In this document: piece by piece, positions 31,439 through 42,237 of the stretch
Numbering within the stretch: position 1 is the stretch's first letter
Layout: each line of letters opens with the position of its first letter
Sequence record: NZ_CP021276.1
Source of the DNA: a plasmid
Strand: one strand, 5' to 3'
Length of the DNA stretch: 64,000 bases
Translations under genes and position numbers: made by a program
The notes under the pieces: model-generated
Databases searched by the model: none
What the model was told of the DNA's origin: nothing
The model's input: only the letters and a program-made list of their open reading frames with translations

Positions 31439-31999
31439 ATGGATACTTCATTTCGTGATAATGCGATTGCAAAAAACAGACTGTTATTCAAGCTGACACT
31501 GATTTGGGCGCTATCGAGTACGTTTGCAATTATTGTCCTTTGCGCCTTAAATTTTTATACCTTACTGCATAAGCAGGTTCACTGGCTTCCAGTGTGTACT
31601 GGTCTAGAGTTTAGCATTGGTGATAAAGGCTATTCACCCGAATACCTGAAAGAAATGACGCAGAAAGCTGCTGACTTACGCCTGACCTACAATCCTGAGA
31701 CCATTGATGCACGCTACACCATGCTGTCTCATCTGATTCCAGCGAAATACCAGGAATCGTTTTCCAAACTATTGGATGCCGAGCGAAAAACAGTACATGA
31801 AAAAAATGTAAGCTCAGTTTTTTATGTTGAAAAAGTATCCGTGGATGTCTCTAAAAATCAAGGTCAAATCGAAGGGCAATTGTATCGCACAAGCCATGGG
31901 CTTCAATTAAAGCCACAACACAAAATGTATCGAGTGCAGTTTTCACATCAATCAGGCCTTTTAAATCTTGTGTCCATTCAGGAGATACACCATGACTAA
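31439..31999 (+). CDS. traE: TraE (VirB5-position, pilus assembly)
   Basis: 186 aa with an N-terminal TM. It matches F TraE in size and position. The start was chosen at the Met just after the traL stop. Confidence 0.7.
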   Translation: MDTSFRDNAIAKNRLLFKLTLIWALSSTFAIIVLCALNFYTLLHKQVHWLPVCTGLEFSIGDKGYSPEYLKEMTQKAADLRLTYNPETIDARYTMLSHLIPAKYQESFSKLLDAERKTVHEKNVSSVFYVEKVSVDVSKNQGQIEGQLYRTSHGLQLKPQHKMYRVQFSHQSGLLNLVSIQEIHHD

Positions 32000-32726
32000 C
32001 TCAATTTATGATCAAGTTAAAAAAAACATTCTTCTTATAAGTTGTTTGTGCTCAGGAATTGTTTGTGCAAGCACAGCTCCTTCGGTCATCGCTTTTGAAG
32101 AAGGAGAGCAGTTTAATCTGACCTTATCGAGTATTAACTTTAATCGTGTGTTTGTTGAAGGGGAATCGATCACTAAATTAAGTTACCCAGAGCATGCTAT
32201 TACAGTAGATAAAAGTGAGATGGATAACCCTGAAAGCACGGATTCTTCGGTGTATATAAAGCCCAATTTTCAAGTTCCCATTACCCTGTTCCTAACTACA
32301 GATAAAGGACATCACGTATCACTTACCCTGACACCTGATGAATCGGTTGGAAAAACCTTAAGGCTTGTGCCGCGCGCTCAAACAAAATTGAAATTTGTGA
32401 AACTGGATACCCCTGATGCCAGTGAAGTAGATGAGGCAATCGCTGCCATGAAAGCAGGGGAGACCCCCAAAGAATTTAATGAGAAACGAATTACTCCACG
32501 TTCTTTTTACATTAAAAAAAACATTAAGGTAACTCTTGAAAAACAATATCAGGGGAAGCGTTTCACCGGCTTTATCTATCGGTTAGAAAATACATCAAAT
32601 CATGAGCTGGCGCTTACAACCGCCTTATTTGCCCATAAGGACGCAGAATCCCTGTCATTAAGTGATGAGGCGCTCCCACCTAAAAAAATCGCTTATTTAT
32701 ATGGGTTATACAGCAATCAGGGATAA
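31992..32726 (+). CDS. traK: TraK (VirB9-like secretin-like)
   Basis: 244 aa with a signal peptide. It is assigned by position and size in the F-type order. Confidence 0.65.
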   Translation: MTNSIYDQVKKNILLISCLCSGIVCASTAPSVIAFEEGEQFNLTLSSINFNRVFVEGESITKLSYPEHAITVDKSEMDNPESTDSSVYIKPNFQVPITLFLTTDKGHHVSLTLTPDESVGKTLRLVPRAQTKLKFVKLDTPDASEVDEAIAAMKAGETPKEFNEKRITPRSFYIKKNIKVTLEKQYQGKRFTGFIYRLENTSNHELALTTALFAHKDAESLSLSDEALPPKKIAYLYGLYSNQG

Positions 32727-32766
32727 ACCAGAAGCTGCTTAAAATGAGTTGGAAGGAGAGTAGGTA

Positions 32767-34233
32767 ATGTTTAAAAAAATAAAACAATGGTTGACGCTAA
32801 AACCTCAAAACGCCAATAAACTGGCCAAAAAGGAACAATTGAAGCACGCAGCCATTTTATTACTGGTGGGTGGGGCATCCTATGGATTTTATTGTTACTC
32901 ATCAGCTGAGAAAAAAAAACCAGTCCACCAGGAAGAAGCTCCGTTCGAGAGTATTTTTGAAAGTACTTTTAATCAGGGCAGTGACGAAGCACTCCTTCTG
33001 CAACAGCAGCAACAAATTGATTCTTTAAAAGAGTTAGTGGCAGAACATCATAAAAAACAGCAGGAAGCAGCACCTGTGAAAACAGAAAATTCGGAAACAA
33101 AAGCTTTGATCCAGGCCATGAAAGAACAGCTTTCACACCTTGAAGAAGAAAATAAAAAAATGAACGAACAATTACAGGTTGCACTGGTTTCTACCCGTCA
33201 GGCAAGCCTGGTCACCGTTAGGCCGCCAACTCGTGAAGAAATGGAAGCACAGCAAAAGAAAAAGCATCAGGCAGAGCGCGAACTGCTCGCAAAATCAGGA
33301 CTGGAAACAGTGCAATTTAACAACCGGAAGAAAAAAAACAAGGAAGTGCGAACCTCTAAAAATTATGTTTGGGCGGGAACCTTTGTTGAAGGGGTGTTGC
33401 TGACTGGGGTTTTAGGTGATGCAGGAATAAACGGCTCAAAAAACATGGGAACTGCTTTAATCCGCCTTACCAGCGGAGGAATCATGCCCAACAATCAGCG
33501 TTCTCATCTGGAAGACTGTGTCGCCCTGGTATCCACTTATGGTGATTTATCAGGAAGTTCCGTGGTGATGCATTTAGAAACACTGTCTTGCGCAGGAAAC
33601 AACATCAATTTTGAACAAAAGGCCTACGGCTCTGTATTTGATTTGGATGCCATGCAGGATTTACGCGGAACATCCATTCTAAAAACAAAGCCGCTCTTAA
33701 CCTATTCGGCAGCGGCAGGCATGCTGGCAGGATTTGGTGATGGCTTAAAGAATTTAAATACCGCTCAAACAATCAATCCGGGGGCTGGCACCATTACGAC
33801 CTACGGGCAGGCATCAACCCTTGCTCAATCGGCTGCTGGTGGTGCGCTTAGTAATCCTGCCAATCGTATTTCAGACTATGTAATGCGCATTGCTGATATT
33901 TATCATCCACTGGTTGTGGCACGTGCGGGTCGTCGTGTGTCCGTTTTATTTACTAAAGGCTTTTGGATAGACAAAGAACATCAGGTGTACGAGTCAGGAC
34001 GCGCTATCAATGAAGGACATGCCCAAAACGAGTCTGGGGTTACAACCACTGTAAGCCGTGCCTATGAATTAAATACACACCCTGTGAATGGCGCTTCATT
34101 GATGCAGTCCAATAATCAAGAGCCCATGGTTCAAACCGTTAATCCTGTTGAGAATCCCCTCTTAAATCAACCAGGACAACCCTCTACCCCATTATTTTCA
34201 ACCGTACAAAATGAGGAGCCACTTCATGACTAA
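32767..34233 (+). CDS. traB: TraB (VirB10-like)
   Basis: 488 aa with an N-terminal TM, a coiled coil and a C-terminal beta domain. Confidence 0.75.
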   Translation: MFKKIKQWLTLKPQNANKLAKKEQLKHAAILLLVGGASYGFYCYSSAEKKKPVHQEEAPFESIFESTFNQGSDEALLLQQQQQIDSLKELVAEHHKKQQEAAPVKTENSETKALIQAMKEQLSHLEEENKKMNEQLQVALVSTRQASLVTVRPPTREEMEAQQKKKHQAERELLAKSGLETVQFNNRKKKNKEVRTSKNYVWAGTFVEGVLLTGVLGDAGINGSKNMGTALIRLTSGGIMPNNQRSHLEDCVALVSTYGDLSGSSVVMHLETLSCAGNNINFEQKAYGSVFDLDAMQDLRGTSILKTKPLLTYSAAAGMLAGFGDGLKNLNTAQTINPGAGTITTYGQASTLAQSAAGGALSNPANRISDYVMRIADIYHPLVVARAGRRVSVLFTKGFWIDKEHQVYESGRAINEGHAQNESGVTTTVSRAYELNTHPVNGASLMQSNNQEPMVQTVNPVENPLLNQPGQPSTPLFSTVQNEEPLHD

Positions 34234-34453
34234 ACCTCTATTTTTATTGAGTACCCTTTTCTTAGTGTCGCAGTTATGTGCCTGCTCGAAATCCATCCTC
34301 GACAATCAGGATGCAAGATGTCCTTTTTCTGACAGGGGTGGTTGTCAAAGTATGGAAATGGTGAATCGTATGGTGCAGGAAAAACGCTATACACCCGATG
34401 GTCAATTCGTGCAGCAGGCAAGAATTCAAGATCTGTATTCAGATTATAAATAG
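34226..34453 (+). CDS. traV: TraV outer-membrane lipoprotein (short form)
   Basis: Has a lipobox (LCAC). ARCPFSDRGGCQSMEMVNRMVQE aligns with F TraV FECNATTSDTCMTMEQANEKA. Confidence 0.65.
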   Translation: MTKPLFLLSTLFLVSQLCACSKSILDNQDARCPFSDRGGCQSMEMVNRMVQEKRYTPDGQFVQQARIQDLYSDYK

Positions 34454-34481
34454 GCGCTGGCACGAATACAGGAGAGAAGCC

Positions 34482-37031
34482 ATGTTTACAAACGCTATAG
34501 AATGGGTCCAAGATACTTATGAGTTGCTAAAGGAGACCTGGAATGACAAAGGGCTAACGGGCAATGAATCCGATTTTGACCTCAAGACACATCAATATCC
34601 TTCGTTTACTGAAAAAATACTGCCTTATCAATATTTTGATGAGGAATCGAAGCTATTTTTTAACGAATACAACGCAGGATTAATTTATCGCATTATTCCT
34701 TTAACAGGTGCGAATGAACACATAGCGGAACAACTGGATACGCTGCTTCAATCTAAAGTGTCGCATGAGTTCACCTTGCAGTTGATTTGCGTCAAACACA
34801 ATCAAGTTGGGAATGATATTGAAGCGTTTACTTCCCAGTTTGCAAAAAGCGAATTTGAAAATTTAAGCCTGTTAGGAGATAACCTTAAGGCCTTTTATCA
34901 AAAAGCCGCCATCCATGGTTTTAAAACCAACACGATGCTTGCACCGCGATTAACGCATACAGATTGCTATATCGTTATTGATAAAATCAAAAAAGAGTCC
35001 GAGAGTGATTTAAAAGCCTGTTTTGGCCAGTTTCGCGTTTCGTTTGAAGCATCCTTAAGTGCTGCAAAAATTGGATTCAAGCAAGCGGATGCAACTGATT
35101 TTTTGCATTTGCTTCACTTTTATCTGGATAATTGCCCTGATGTCATTACTCCACGCCCTGTGATTTATGATAAAACCAAATTACTCAAAGAGCAGGCACT
35201 GTCTCATGACTTTGATATTGAATTTAAAAATAATGAAGTAGTGATTCAAGGAGTTAATGAATCTGGGCGTATTTATGAAACAGCCGTATCAGTTCTGACC
35301 ATTGATCGCCTGCCTCGCCAGTATTGTTTATGGGAGAACATTAATAATACCAGCAATATTTTTCATCCTGATAAAAGAATATCCTGCAATCACATCATCT
35401 CGGTCATCTATCTGGTCGAAGAGCAAGGACGCGCTCAGGGTAGGGCGAATCGTAAAACCCGTGATTTGGATAAAAAATCTAAAAGTGATTACGCATTAAA
35501 TGTGGCGGGAACGGAGGAGCAGGCACGGGTATGGCGTACCTTTCGTGATGATTTATCCTCACAAAAGACTCGCTCTGTAAAGATGCTTTATAACGTGGTT
35601 CTTTTTTCAAGACCTCATGAGAAAGAGCGTGATGTAGAAGCTGCTCGCACAGTATTTGCGTTTAATGACATTAAACTGGCATTGTGTAAACGCATGCAAT
35701 GTCCCTATTTTTTAGTCTCGATGCCGTTTTTTTTCACAGGAAATCTGGTTAAGGATTTTTCTCTTCCCACAATGATGTGGCCAATTTCTTCATGGAATGC
35801 AACTCAATACATGCCCATTCTTTCTGACTGGCGCGGAGTAGGTAAGGGTATCTTGTTGCCTACCATGCGCGATCAATTTGCCTGCATCGATCCTTTCTCT
35901 GGTGTATTTGGCAGCAATTACAACATGGCTGTCACCGGAACCTCGGGCGGTGGAAAAAGCTTTTTTATTCAGATGCTGATGCTCAATATCCTGTTTAATG
36001 GCGGAGATATTTTCATTATTGATGTAGGTGGGAGCTATAGAAAACTGTGTGAGGCGCTCGGTGGGACTTATCTTGAGTACAGCAATTTGGCGATGAATCC
36101 CTTTACCCATGTAACGGACATTTTACGGGAGATTGATGATATTATTGCCTTGTTTGAATTATTAACCTGCCCTACCAGCGGTGCTACAGATGACGACCGA
36201 GGCACTTTAAGAGAAGCTATTTTAACTGCTTTTGGAGCAACTCAGAATCAAACGCGCATTGATGAGGTTGCAGGAGTCTTATTATCGTTGTACGAGCACG
36301 ACCGCGAAACCTATCCTACAGCGCGCATTTTGTCTAAGAACCTCCAGCGTTACTGTTCTGCCTCAGAGCATGGCAAAGCGTTTAATGAACCCTCTCAGCT
36401 ATCACCTGATGCCCGTATGATTGTAGTGGACTTGAAGGAAATTGAGGACAATCAAAGTATTCGCGCCCCGGTTCTTCTGTACGTTATTTCCCAGTTTCAA
36501 AGACGTATGTTCAACTCAGACAGGAACAAACAAAAGATGTGCATCATTGATGAAGCCTGGTCATTTTTTACAGGGGATTTAATTGCGGTCAACTTTATTA
36601 CCAAAGGCTTTCGTACTGGTCGGCGGCATAAAGCATCATTTGTCACGATTACCCAGGGTATTGAGGATTATTTCGAATTTTCAGAAGCGCGCGCCGCCTG
36701 GGAAAATTCCGCATTAAAGCTTGTTTTTTTACAAGAGGAATCACCGCTTTTAGAACATCAAAAAAAGCATGAGACTTTTTCAGACTACGAGATGACTATT
36801 CTCAAATCATTCCCGATAGCGAAAGAAGCGGGTTTTTCTCAAGTCTTGCTGCGTGCTAATGGTATTTCCTCCTTTCATCGCTTGTTTGTTGATCCGTTTA
36901 CTCGCGTGCTTTTATCTTCCGATGGTGATGATTATCAGGCAGTCATTAATTATGTGGCACAGGGACTGTTATTTCTTGATGCCGTATCGCAAGTGGCAAA
37001 GGAGCATTATGGGAGGGCTTATGCAGCTTAA
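34482..37031 (+). CDS. traC: TraC (VirB4-like ATPase)
   Basis: The Walker A region NYNMAVTGTSGGGKSFF...DVGGSYRKLCEALGGTYLEY aligns with F TraC NYNMAVCGTSGAGKTGL...DMGDGYKSLCENMGGVYLDG. Confidence 0.9.
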   Translation: MFTNAIEWVQDTYELLKETWNDKGLTGNESDFDLKTHQYPSFTEKILPYQYFDEESKLFFNEYNAGLIYRIIPLTGANEHIAEQLDTLLQSKVSHEFTLQLICVKHNQVGNDIEAFTSQFAKSEFENLSLLGDNLKAFYQKAAIHGFKTNTMLAPRLTHTDCYIVIDKIKKESESDLKACFGQFRVSFEASLSAAKIGFKQADATDFLHLLHFYLDNCPDVITPRPVIYDKTKLLKEQALSHDFDIEFKNNEVVIQGVNESGRIYETAVSVLTIDRLPRQYCLWENINNTSNIFHPDKRISCNHIISVIYLVEEQGRAQGRANRKTRDLDKKSKSDYALNVAGTEEQARVWRTFRDDLSSQKTRSVKMLYNVVLFSRPHEKERDVEAARTVFAFNDIKLALCKRMQCPYFLVSMPFFFTGNLVKDFSLPTMMWPISSWNATQYMPILSDWRGVGKGILLPTMRDQFACIDPFSGVFGSNYNMAVTGTSGGGKSFFIQMLMLNILFNGGDIFIIDVGGSYRKLCEALGGTYLEYSNLAMNPFTHVTDILREIDDIIALFELLTCPTSGATDDDRGTLREAILTAFGATQNQTRIDEVAGVLLSLYEHDRETYPTARILSKNLQRYCSASEHGKAFNEPSQLSPDARMIVVDLKEIEDNQSIRAPVLLYVISQFQRRMFNSDRNKQKMCIIDEAWSFFTGDLIAVNFITKGFRTGRRHKASFVTITQGIEDYFEFSEARAAWENSALKLVFLQEESPLLEHQKKHETFSDYEMTILKSFPIAKEAGFSQVLLRANGISSFHRLFVDPFTRVLLSSDGDDYQAVINYVAQGLLFLDAVSQVAKEHYGRAYAA

Positions 37032-37386
37032 CCGATTCAAAACCATGCACTGGGTCTTTGCAGGAATTGGCGGATTAATTGGAATCCTGGCGGGTATTTG
37101 GGTGATGTGGCCTAAGTCTTTACCTCTTTTGGTGGTTGACATGAATCGTGCCATTGAAGCGCCTTCGGTAATGCTTGCTCGCTCCAAACTGACTCATGAA
37201 GAACAATTAAAAATAATGGAGCGCTTTTCACGCACCCTCCCAGAAGTCATCAAGGATTATGGGGCGTCACATCAGGTAACCCTTGTGAGTGCGTCCGTAT
37301 TGTCGAGTTTTAAACCGTCCCATGTGGATGTGACGGATGAGCTTATTGCCTTGACCATAACAAGGATAAAACATGAAGCGCGCTAG
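37021..37386 (+). CDS. trbI: TrbI
   Basis: HQVTLVSASVLSSFKPSHVDVTDEL matches F TrbI HAVILVSPAVVQGAPDITREI. The start overlaps the traC end. Confidence 0.6.
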   Translation: MQLNRFKTMHWVFAGIGGLIGILAGIWVMWPKSLPLLVVDMNRAIEAPSVMLARSKLTHEEQLKIMERFSRTLPEVIKDYGASHQVTLVSASVLSSFKPSHVDVTDELIALTITRIKHEAR

Positions 37387-38007
37387 TAAACGATTTTTTC
37401 TCCTTATTCTATGTTTTTTCTGTCTATTAGAACCTGTGGGTCATGCAAAAAATATAGGTCATTATGGTCAGACATTCCCTGTCAATGAAGAGGATATAAG
37501 GAAAGTCATTATGAACAAACTCTATGCATTGCAGCAAAGCGGTGATTTAGAGCATGTTCAACGCGATTTAGAGCAGAAAGCCGCACGTCAGGCGATGAGG
37601 CCAAACCCTTTAGCATTGAGCACGACTCGCAAGCCTAAGACGTTTCGCATTTCACCGGCAGTGACTGTATCTCATGATGTCTGGACACCTGATGGACATT
37701 TAATTGCAAAAGCAGGAACTCGGATCAATCCATTTGAGCGTGTTCACTTCCTTAAAACCCTGATTTTTTTAATGCAGATGATGCAGGACAGGTTGCCTGG
37801 GTTAAAAAACATTACACCGACTTTAAGCACGTTAAATTTATTTTGACCGGTGGGGATGTTCGAGTTGCTGCAGAGCTTTTTGGTCGAATTTATTTTGATG
37901 TGAACGGCATCATTTCATCCAGGCTTCACCTTCAACACGTTCCAAGCATAGTCAGCCAGGAAGGTCTTGATTGGCAGGTTAAAGAAATTGGAGTGAACGA
38001 TGAATAA
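37373..38007 (+). pseudogene. traW: traW interrupted by a 1-bp frameshift near 37770–37773 (after a T7 run)
   Basis: The N-terminal ORF ends after ...INPFERVHFLKTLIFL. One base later, the +1 frame reads NADDAGQVAWVKKHYTDFKHVKFILTGGDVRVAAELFGRIYFDVNGIISSRLHLQHVPSIVSQEG..., which matches the F TraW C-terminus (DDPAQVAWMKRQ...YFDQNGVLCQRLGIDQVPARVS). Confidence 0.7.
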
Positions 38008-38977
38008 ACGACTTTTCTGTTCAATTGCTGCAGGCTTATTCTTCATCTGTTCATTGCACGCATCGCAGTGTAAAGGGCATTTTGTCAATCCTATAACCGA
38101 CATTTGCTGGGATTGTTTGTTCCCATTAACCATTGGCTCCTCCGAAGTGGTAAAGAGCCAATATCCTGATACGAAAAACCCTGGCAACCCTATCTGCTCC
38201 TGCCCAAACAAATTACAACTTTTAGGAGTTACTATAGGTTATTGGGAACCCTTTGCGTTAGTGGATGTGACACGAAAGCCTTATTGCATGGTGAATCTTG
38301 GGGTGCAATTGCACATTAAAGATCAGGGGCTGGGTGGTTCACAAATGCCTGATACCGATGGGCGGGGCGCATTTTATTACGTGCATTGGTACAAATACCC
38401 ACTGATGTATTGGCTGCAGGTACTCACTTCCATCGGCTGTATGGAGACAGAAGATTTCGATGTGATGTATTTGAGTGAACTTGATCCAACATGGAATGAC
38501 TCTGAGTTTGCTTTTGTTCTTAATCCTGAGGCCACTTTATTTACCACACCGCCAGTGCGTGCGTCTTGTGCTGCAGATGCAACCAAAGCATTCGCAGGGA
38601 CGGCCATGGATTCTTTATTCTGGTGCATGGGCGCTCAAGGTTCCACCTATCCTCTCAATGGTTTTGTTGCCAATCAGGCAAGTCCCATTAGTGCCGCAAC
38701 ACTTCTGACAGAACGCACCGACTTTAAGCTTCATCGCCTTGGAGCAATTAAAGATTCCGTTGGTAAAGATTGGCCTGCACTTTGTAGCACCTATCGCTCT
38801 TCCATTTTACCTAAAAGCCGGTATCGCTACCAATTAGTCAATACATTGCCTGATGCAAAACGCTGCCAGCCCTTTGGCCGTTCAGTCATTACCTGGGAGG
38901 CCGGACATACCTATCCTGGGGATGGGGATAATTTTGGTTTCATGATTTGGCGCAAGAGAAATTGTTGCTTTTTATAA
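38000..38977 (+). CDS. traU: TraU
   Basis: Has near-collinear identity blocks with F TraU: RFVNPITDICWSCIFPL vs HFVNPITDICWDCLFPL; YHVHWYKYPL; NPEA.IF; GCMVNLG; RKRNC.FL. Confidence 0.9.
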   Translation: MNKRLFCSIAAGLFFICSLHASQCKGHFVNPITDICWDCLFPLTIGSSEVVKSQYPDTKNPGNPICSCPNKLQLLGVTIGYWEPFALVDVTRKPYCMVNLGVQLHIKDQGLGGSQMPDTDGRGAFYYVHWYKYPLMYWLQVLTSIGCMETEDFDVMYLSELDPTWNDSEFAFVLNPEATLFTTPPVRASCAADATKAFAGTAMDSLFWCMGAQGSTYPLNGFVANQASPISAATLLTERTDFKLHRLGAIKDSVGKDWPALCSTYRSSILPKSRYRYQLVNTLPDAKRCQPFGRSVITWEAGHTYPGDGDNFGFMIWRKRNCCFL

Positions 38978-38988
38978 GGAGGCCTTTC

Positions 38989-39654
38989 ATGGCGCACTAC
39001 ATTAAAATCATTATTCTGTTTCTAACTGGGATTGGCGGATGCTTTGCAAACACTAATGATGAGTTAAGGCATTATCAAGAGGAGGGGGCTCACCAGGTAT
39101 CAACCATTTCGAATAAGACAATTGAAACGTTAAAGCGCACGTCCTCACGGAATCAATCAGAGCACCAATTATTAATTGATACACTCATGCAACGCAGCAC
39201 AGACGGTTTACAAAGCAATCAAAAACCGCAGGGAGCTGAAGGTGCCATTTTATTTGTATCCTTTTCCATGCCCGACTCACTTTTATTTGCATTGAGCGAT
39301 GAAGCAGCACGGTTTCATATTCCCGTGGTCATTAATGGGTTAGTGGATGGTGATTTTAAACAGACCATAGAAACATTTAAACGTCTTAATAGCGAAGCCA
39401 AAAAGCAGCATTTGAACTTTAAGGGAATTTCTATTGATCCAGTCTGGTTTAATCAATTCCACATTACAACGGTTCCAGCGCTTGTAGTAACAGAGCCCTC
39501 CAGGTCTTGCGGTTCAGGGCAGCCCTGCACCAATCAACCGTTTGATGTAGTGTATGGCAATGCAAGCATTAAAAAAGGACTCGAGCTCATCGCCCAGAAA
39601 GGAGACGCAGGAGCGACATTAGCGGCCACCATTTTGGAGAAAGGCCATGTTTAG
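38989..39654 (+). CDS. trbC: TrbC
   Basis: LFVSFSMPDSLL... matches F TrbC VFVSFSMPEASL. AGGAGG lies upstream of the chosen ATG. Confidence 0.65.
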   Translation: MAHYIKIIILFLTGIGGCFANTNDELRHYQEEGAHQVSTISNKTIETLKRTSSRNQSEHQLLIDTLMQRSTDGLQSNQKPQGAEGAILFVSFSMPDSLLFALSDEAARFHIPVVINGLVDGDFKQTIETFKRLNSEAKKQHLNFKGISIDPVWFNQFHITTVPALVVTEPSRSCGSGQPCTNQPFDVVYGNASIKKGLELIAQKGDAGATLAATILEKGHV

Positions 39655-41458
39655 AAGTTTGTTGACCATCGCCTGTATTTTTGGTTTTTGCACTTTCTCG
39701 GCTGCCAATACAACAGCCCAAGACTTTCAGAAATTAAAAGAATACGCAAAATCTTTGGGGAATCAACCACTGAGCGCCATGAATGAATTTAAGCCCCAGA
39801 ATACCTTCAAAGACTATACGGAAACTCCCTCGCAATCGCTTCATTATCAGGGGGTTGAAACTGAAAAAACCGATTTAAGTACCTTTGCTGCCAATGCCTT
39901 ACACAATGATGCCGGTGGACGTACTGTGACCGAGCATTTTGGTCAGCGCCAATTTGAAATCAATACCAAAAATGAAGCGATTAAAAACGCTAAATTAATT
40001 GAAGAAGAAAGTTATGCCATTACTCATGGACAATCCAATGAGCGAGTCAAATGTGATGAAAAGCCACAGGCTTGTGAGATTAAATCGCATGAGGAAATCT
40101 GCCATACATCAAGGCAATTACCCGAGCAGCAGTGTTTTAAAAAACGTAAAGTAACCGTGAACACCGAGCGCTTAAGTCAAAGAGCTGATTTTGAGGTATG
40201 GGTTCATAAAAAATGGACGGGGCTTATTGCGGTTAATCTTATAACGGGTGCCATGACCAATAGCGCAGGCGGGCACTTAACCAATCCTGTGAAGTTAAAT
40301 CATCCCTGTGAAGAAATGAAAGCCACGGTTCACTCCATTTTAAATAATGGTGGTTCTGCTCATTGGGTGCATGTTGTGGGACTTCCAACCTGCCAGAATG
40401 GAGGCGTAATCACCTTGTATATTTCAGATAAGTTCAGTCGCTATTACCCAATTCAGGTGGCATTGACGATTAATGCCCATTCCAAATCCTATGTGGAAGA
40501 AGAGCACTGGGATAATGAATGCGCCACTCTTGAGACAAACAACCTATGTCAAAAAACACAAGAGCAGTGTACTGATTCCAATCCAACCCGTGTCATTAAT
40601 GGTCTGCCCGTCACCCGTGATTGCTGGGAGCTTAATGCACAATACCAGTGTGCATCCGCTGCAGCCGATGAATGTAAAACGCAACGGGAAAAAGGATGCT
40701 TACAGGCAAGCTCGCGCTGCACATTAATGAACAATAATACCTGCTCGCTCTATGAGCAGGTATATCGTTGCGATGAGACAGTCTGCCCACAGCCTGTGGC
40801 CTGTGTGCGAGATCTCTTTTGTGCCGATGGAGACTGCACGGAACATGCAGCAACTCAGAATGATGGTTTTGGAGAGGCCATGGCACCCATGGCCGTTGCA
40901 GGGGCTGCTGGCGCTGAGTTTGGAAAAACGCAGGCTACCTTATTTTCAGGCCATCCTGTGCAGTGCAAAATCTGGGTTTGGGACATTATTGATTGTTGTT
41001 CGAATGAAGGCTGGGCTGACAAACTCCATATCGATTTGTGTCGTGAAGAAGATAAGGCTTTAGGCAAAGCCAAATTGAATTACCTGGCTCATTATGTAGG
41101 CGAGTTTTGCAGCCAGAAAGATCCCATTTTTGGCACCTGTCTGGAGCACAAACGCACCTATTGTGTCTTTGACAGCAAAATGGCGCGCATTATCCAGGCC
41201 GAAGGACGTTTAAGACAATTAAATCCCAACGCTTTAGGAGATGCAGAGCATACACGCTGTGCGGGGCTCAGTGTGAATGAATTACAAAGCCTTGATATGG
41301 GACGCATCGATTTTTTAAACCCTGTGTATCCATTTCCCCAGGGACAGCCAACAAAAGAAGCAGGAATTGTAGGCGATGTCGTTTTAAATAGCCCCGACGC
41401 TTCAAAAACCATGGATGAAATCAAACGGCGAGTCCAGAAAAAGGCGGAACAAAAATGA
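39647..41458 (+). CDS. traN: TraN (Cys-rich outer-membrane mating-pair stabilisation protein)
   Basis: 603 aa with a signal peptide and many Cys in the C-terminal half. It is in the F order position. Confidence 0.75.
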   Translation: MFRSLLTIACIFGFCTFSAANTTAQDFQKLKEYAKSLGNQPLSAMNEFKPQNTFKDYTETPSQSLHYQGVETEKTDLSTFAANALHNDAGGRTVTEHFGQRQFEINTKNEAIKNAKLIEEESYAITHGQSNERVKCDEKPQACEIKSHEEICHTSRQLPEQQCFKKRKVTVNTERLSQRADFEVWVHKKWTGLIAVNLITGAMTNSAGGHLTNPVKLNHPCEEMKATVHSILNNGGSAHWVHVVGLPTCQNGGVITLYISDKFSRYYPIQVALTINAHSKSYVEEEHWDNECATLETNNLCQKTQEQCTDSNPTRVINGLPVTRDCWELNAQYQCASAAADECKTQREKGCLQASSRCTLMNNNTCSLYEQVYRCDETVCPQPVACVRDLFCADGDCTEHAATQNDGFGEAMAPMAVAGAAGAEFGKTQATLFSGHPVQCKIWVWDIIDCCSNEGWADKLHIDLCREEDKALGKAKLNYLAHYVGEFCSQKDPIFGTCLEHKRTYCVFDSKMARIIQAEGRLRQLNPNALGDAEHTRCAGLSVNELQSLDMGRIDFLNPVYPFPQGQPTKEAGIVGDVVLNSPDASKTMDEIKRRVQKKAEQK

Positions 41459-42237
41459 GATTATTCACTATTATTTTAATGTTACTTTCCATGCCGGTCA
41501 TGGCTGATTTAGTAAGTCCACCCGCTCATGGGTTTCATTGGTACAGTACAGAAAACAAAGAGCATCAGGTGAAACCTGTTCAAAATCCAAAGGTATCAAA
41601 GCCTTCGCTGACTCCTTATGAGCAGCTCATGGAAGTCCGCAAAGCCACAATGAATAAGCTCGCAACGGCATTAATTGCCCCATCATTTGATGCAACCTAT
41701 GAGTACATGAAAGCCCAGCAGGTGTATGCCAAAAACAATCAGAAATTTGTCCAGTACTGGCAACAGGTTCTGTTGTCTCATCCTGAGCTGGATCATTCCT
41801 TAAATTTTCCAACCGACAATACGGCTGTGGCCATTCGCAATGATTCAATGAATCTTTTAATGGAGAGGGTAGTCAGAGAAGGGGCGAAACGTTATGGATT
41901 AATCCTTTTTTACAAAGGGAACAGTTCCATTTCGCAAAAATTCATCACTCATCTTGTTCCATTCGTCAATTTGACCCATTTTTCCATGATTTCAGTCACG
42001 ACAGATGGGCAACCTATTGAAGGTCTGCCTAATCCTAAAAACATACCTCTTCATGAAATACAAAAAACAATGAATTTGCAGTCACGCTACATGCCTGCAC
42101 TGTTTCTTGTTGATTTAAAAACACAACACATGTCGCCCTTGTCCTACGGATTTGTCTCCACAACCGAATTAAAGGAACGTCTGCTGGATGTGGCGACTCA
42201 TTACAAACGATACAGCTATGAGGGGTTTGAAGCATGA
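41455..42237 (+). CDS. traF: TraF (thioredoxin-fold pilus assembly protein)
   Basis: 260 aa with a signal peptide. GLILFYKGNS resembles F TraF. Confidence 0.7.
   Translation: MRLFTIILMLLSMPVMADLVSPPAHGFHWYSTENKEHQVKPVQNPKVSKPSLTPYEQLMEVRKATMNKLATALIAPSFDATYEYMKAQQVYAKNNQKFVQYWQQVLLSHPELDHSLNFPTDNTAVAIRNDSMNLLMERVVREGAKRYGLILFYKGNSSISQKFITHLVPFVNLTHFSMISVTTDGQPIEGLPNPKNIPLHEIQKTMNLQSRYMPALFLVDLKTQHMSPLSYGFVSTTELKERLLDVATHYKRYSYEGFEA

Noticed and set aside
40473-41073. Cluster of short ORFs on both strands inside traN
   Set aside because: They are embedded in the Cys-rich traN coding region and have no independent signals.
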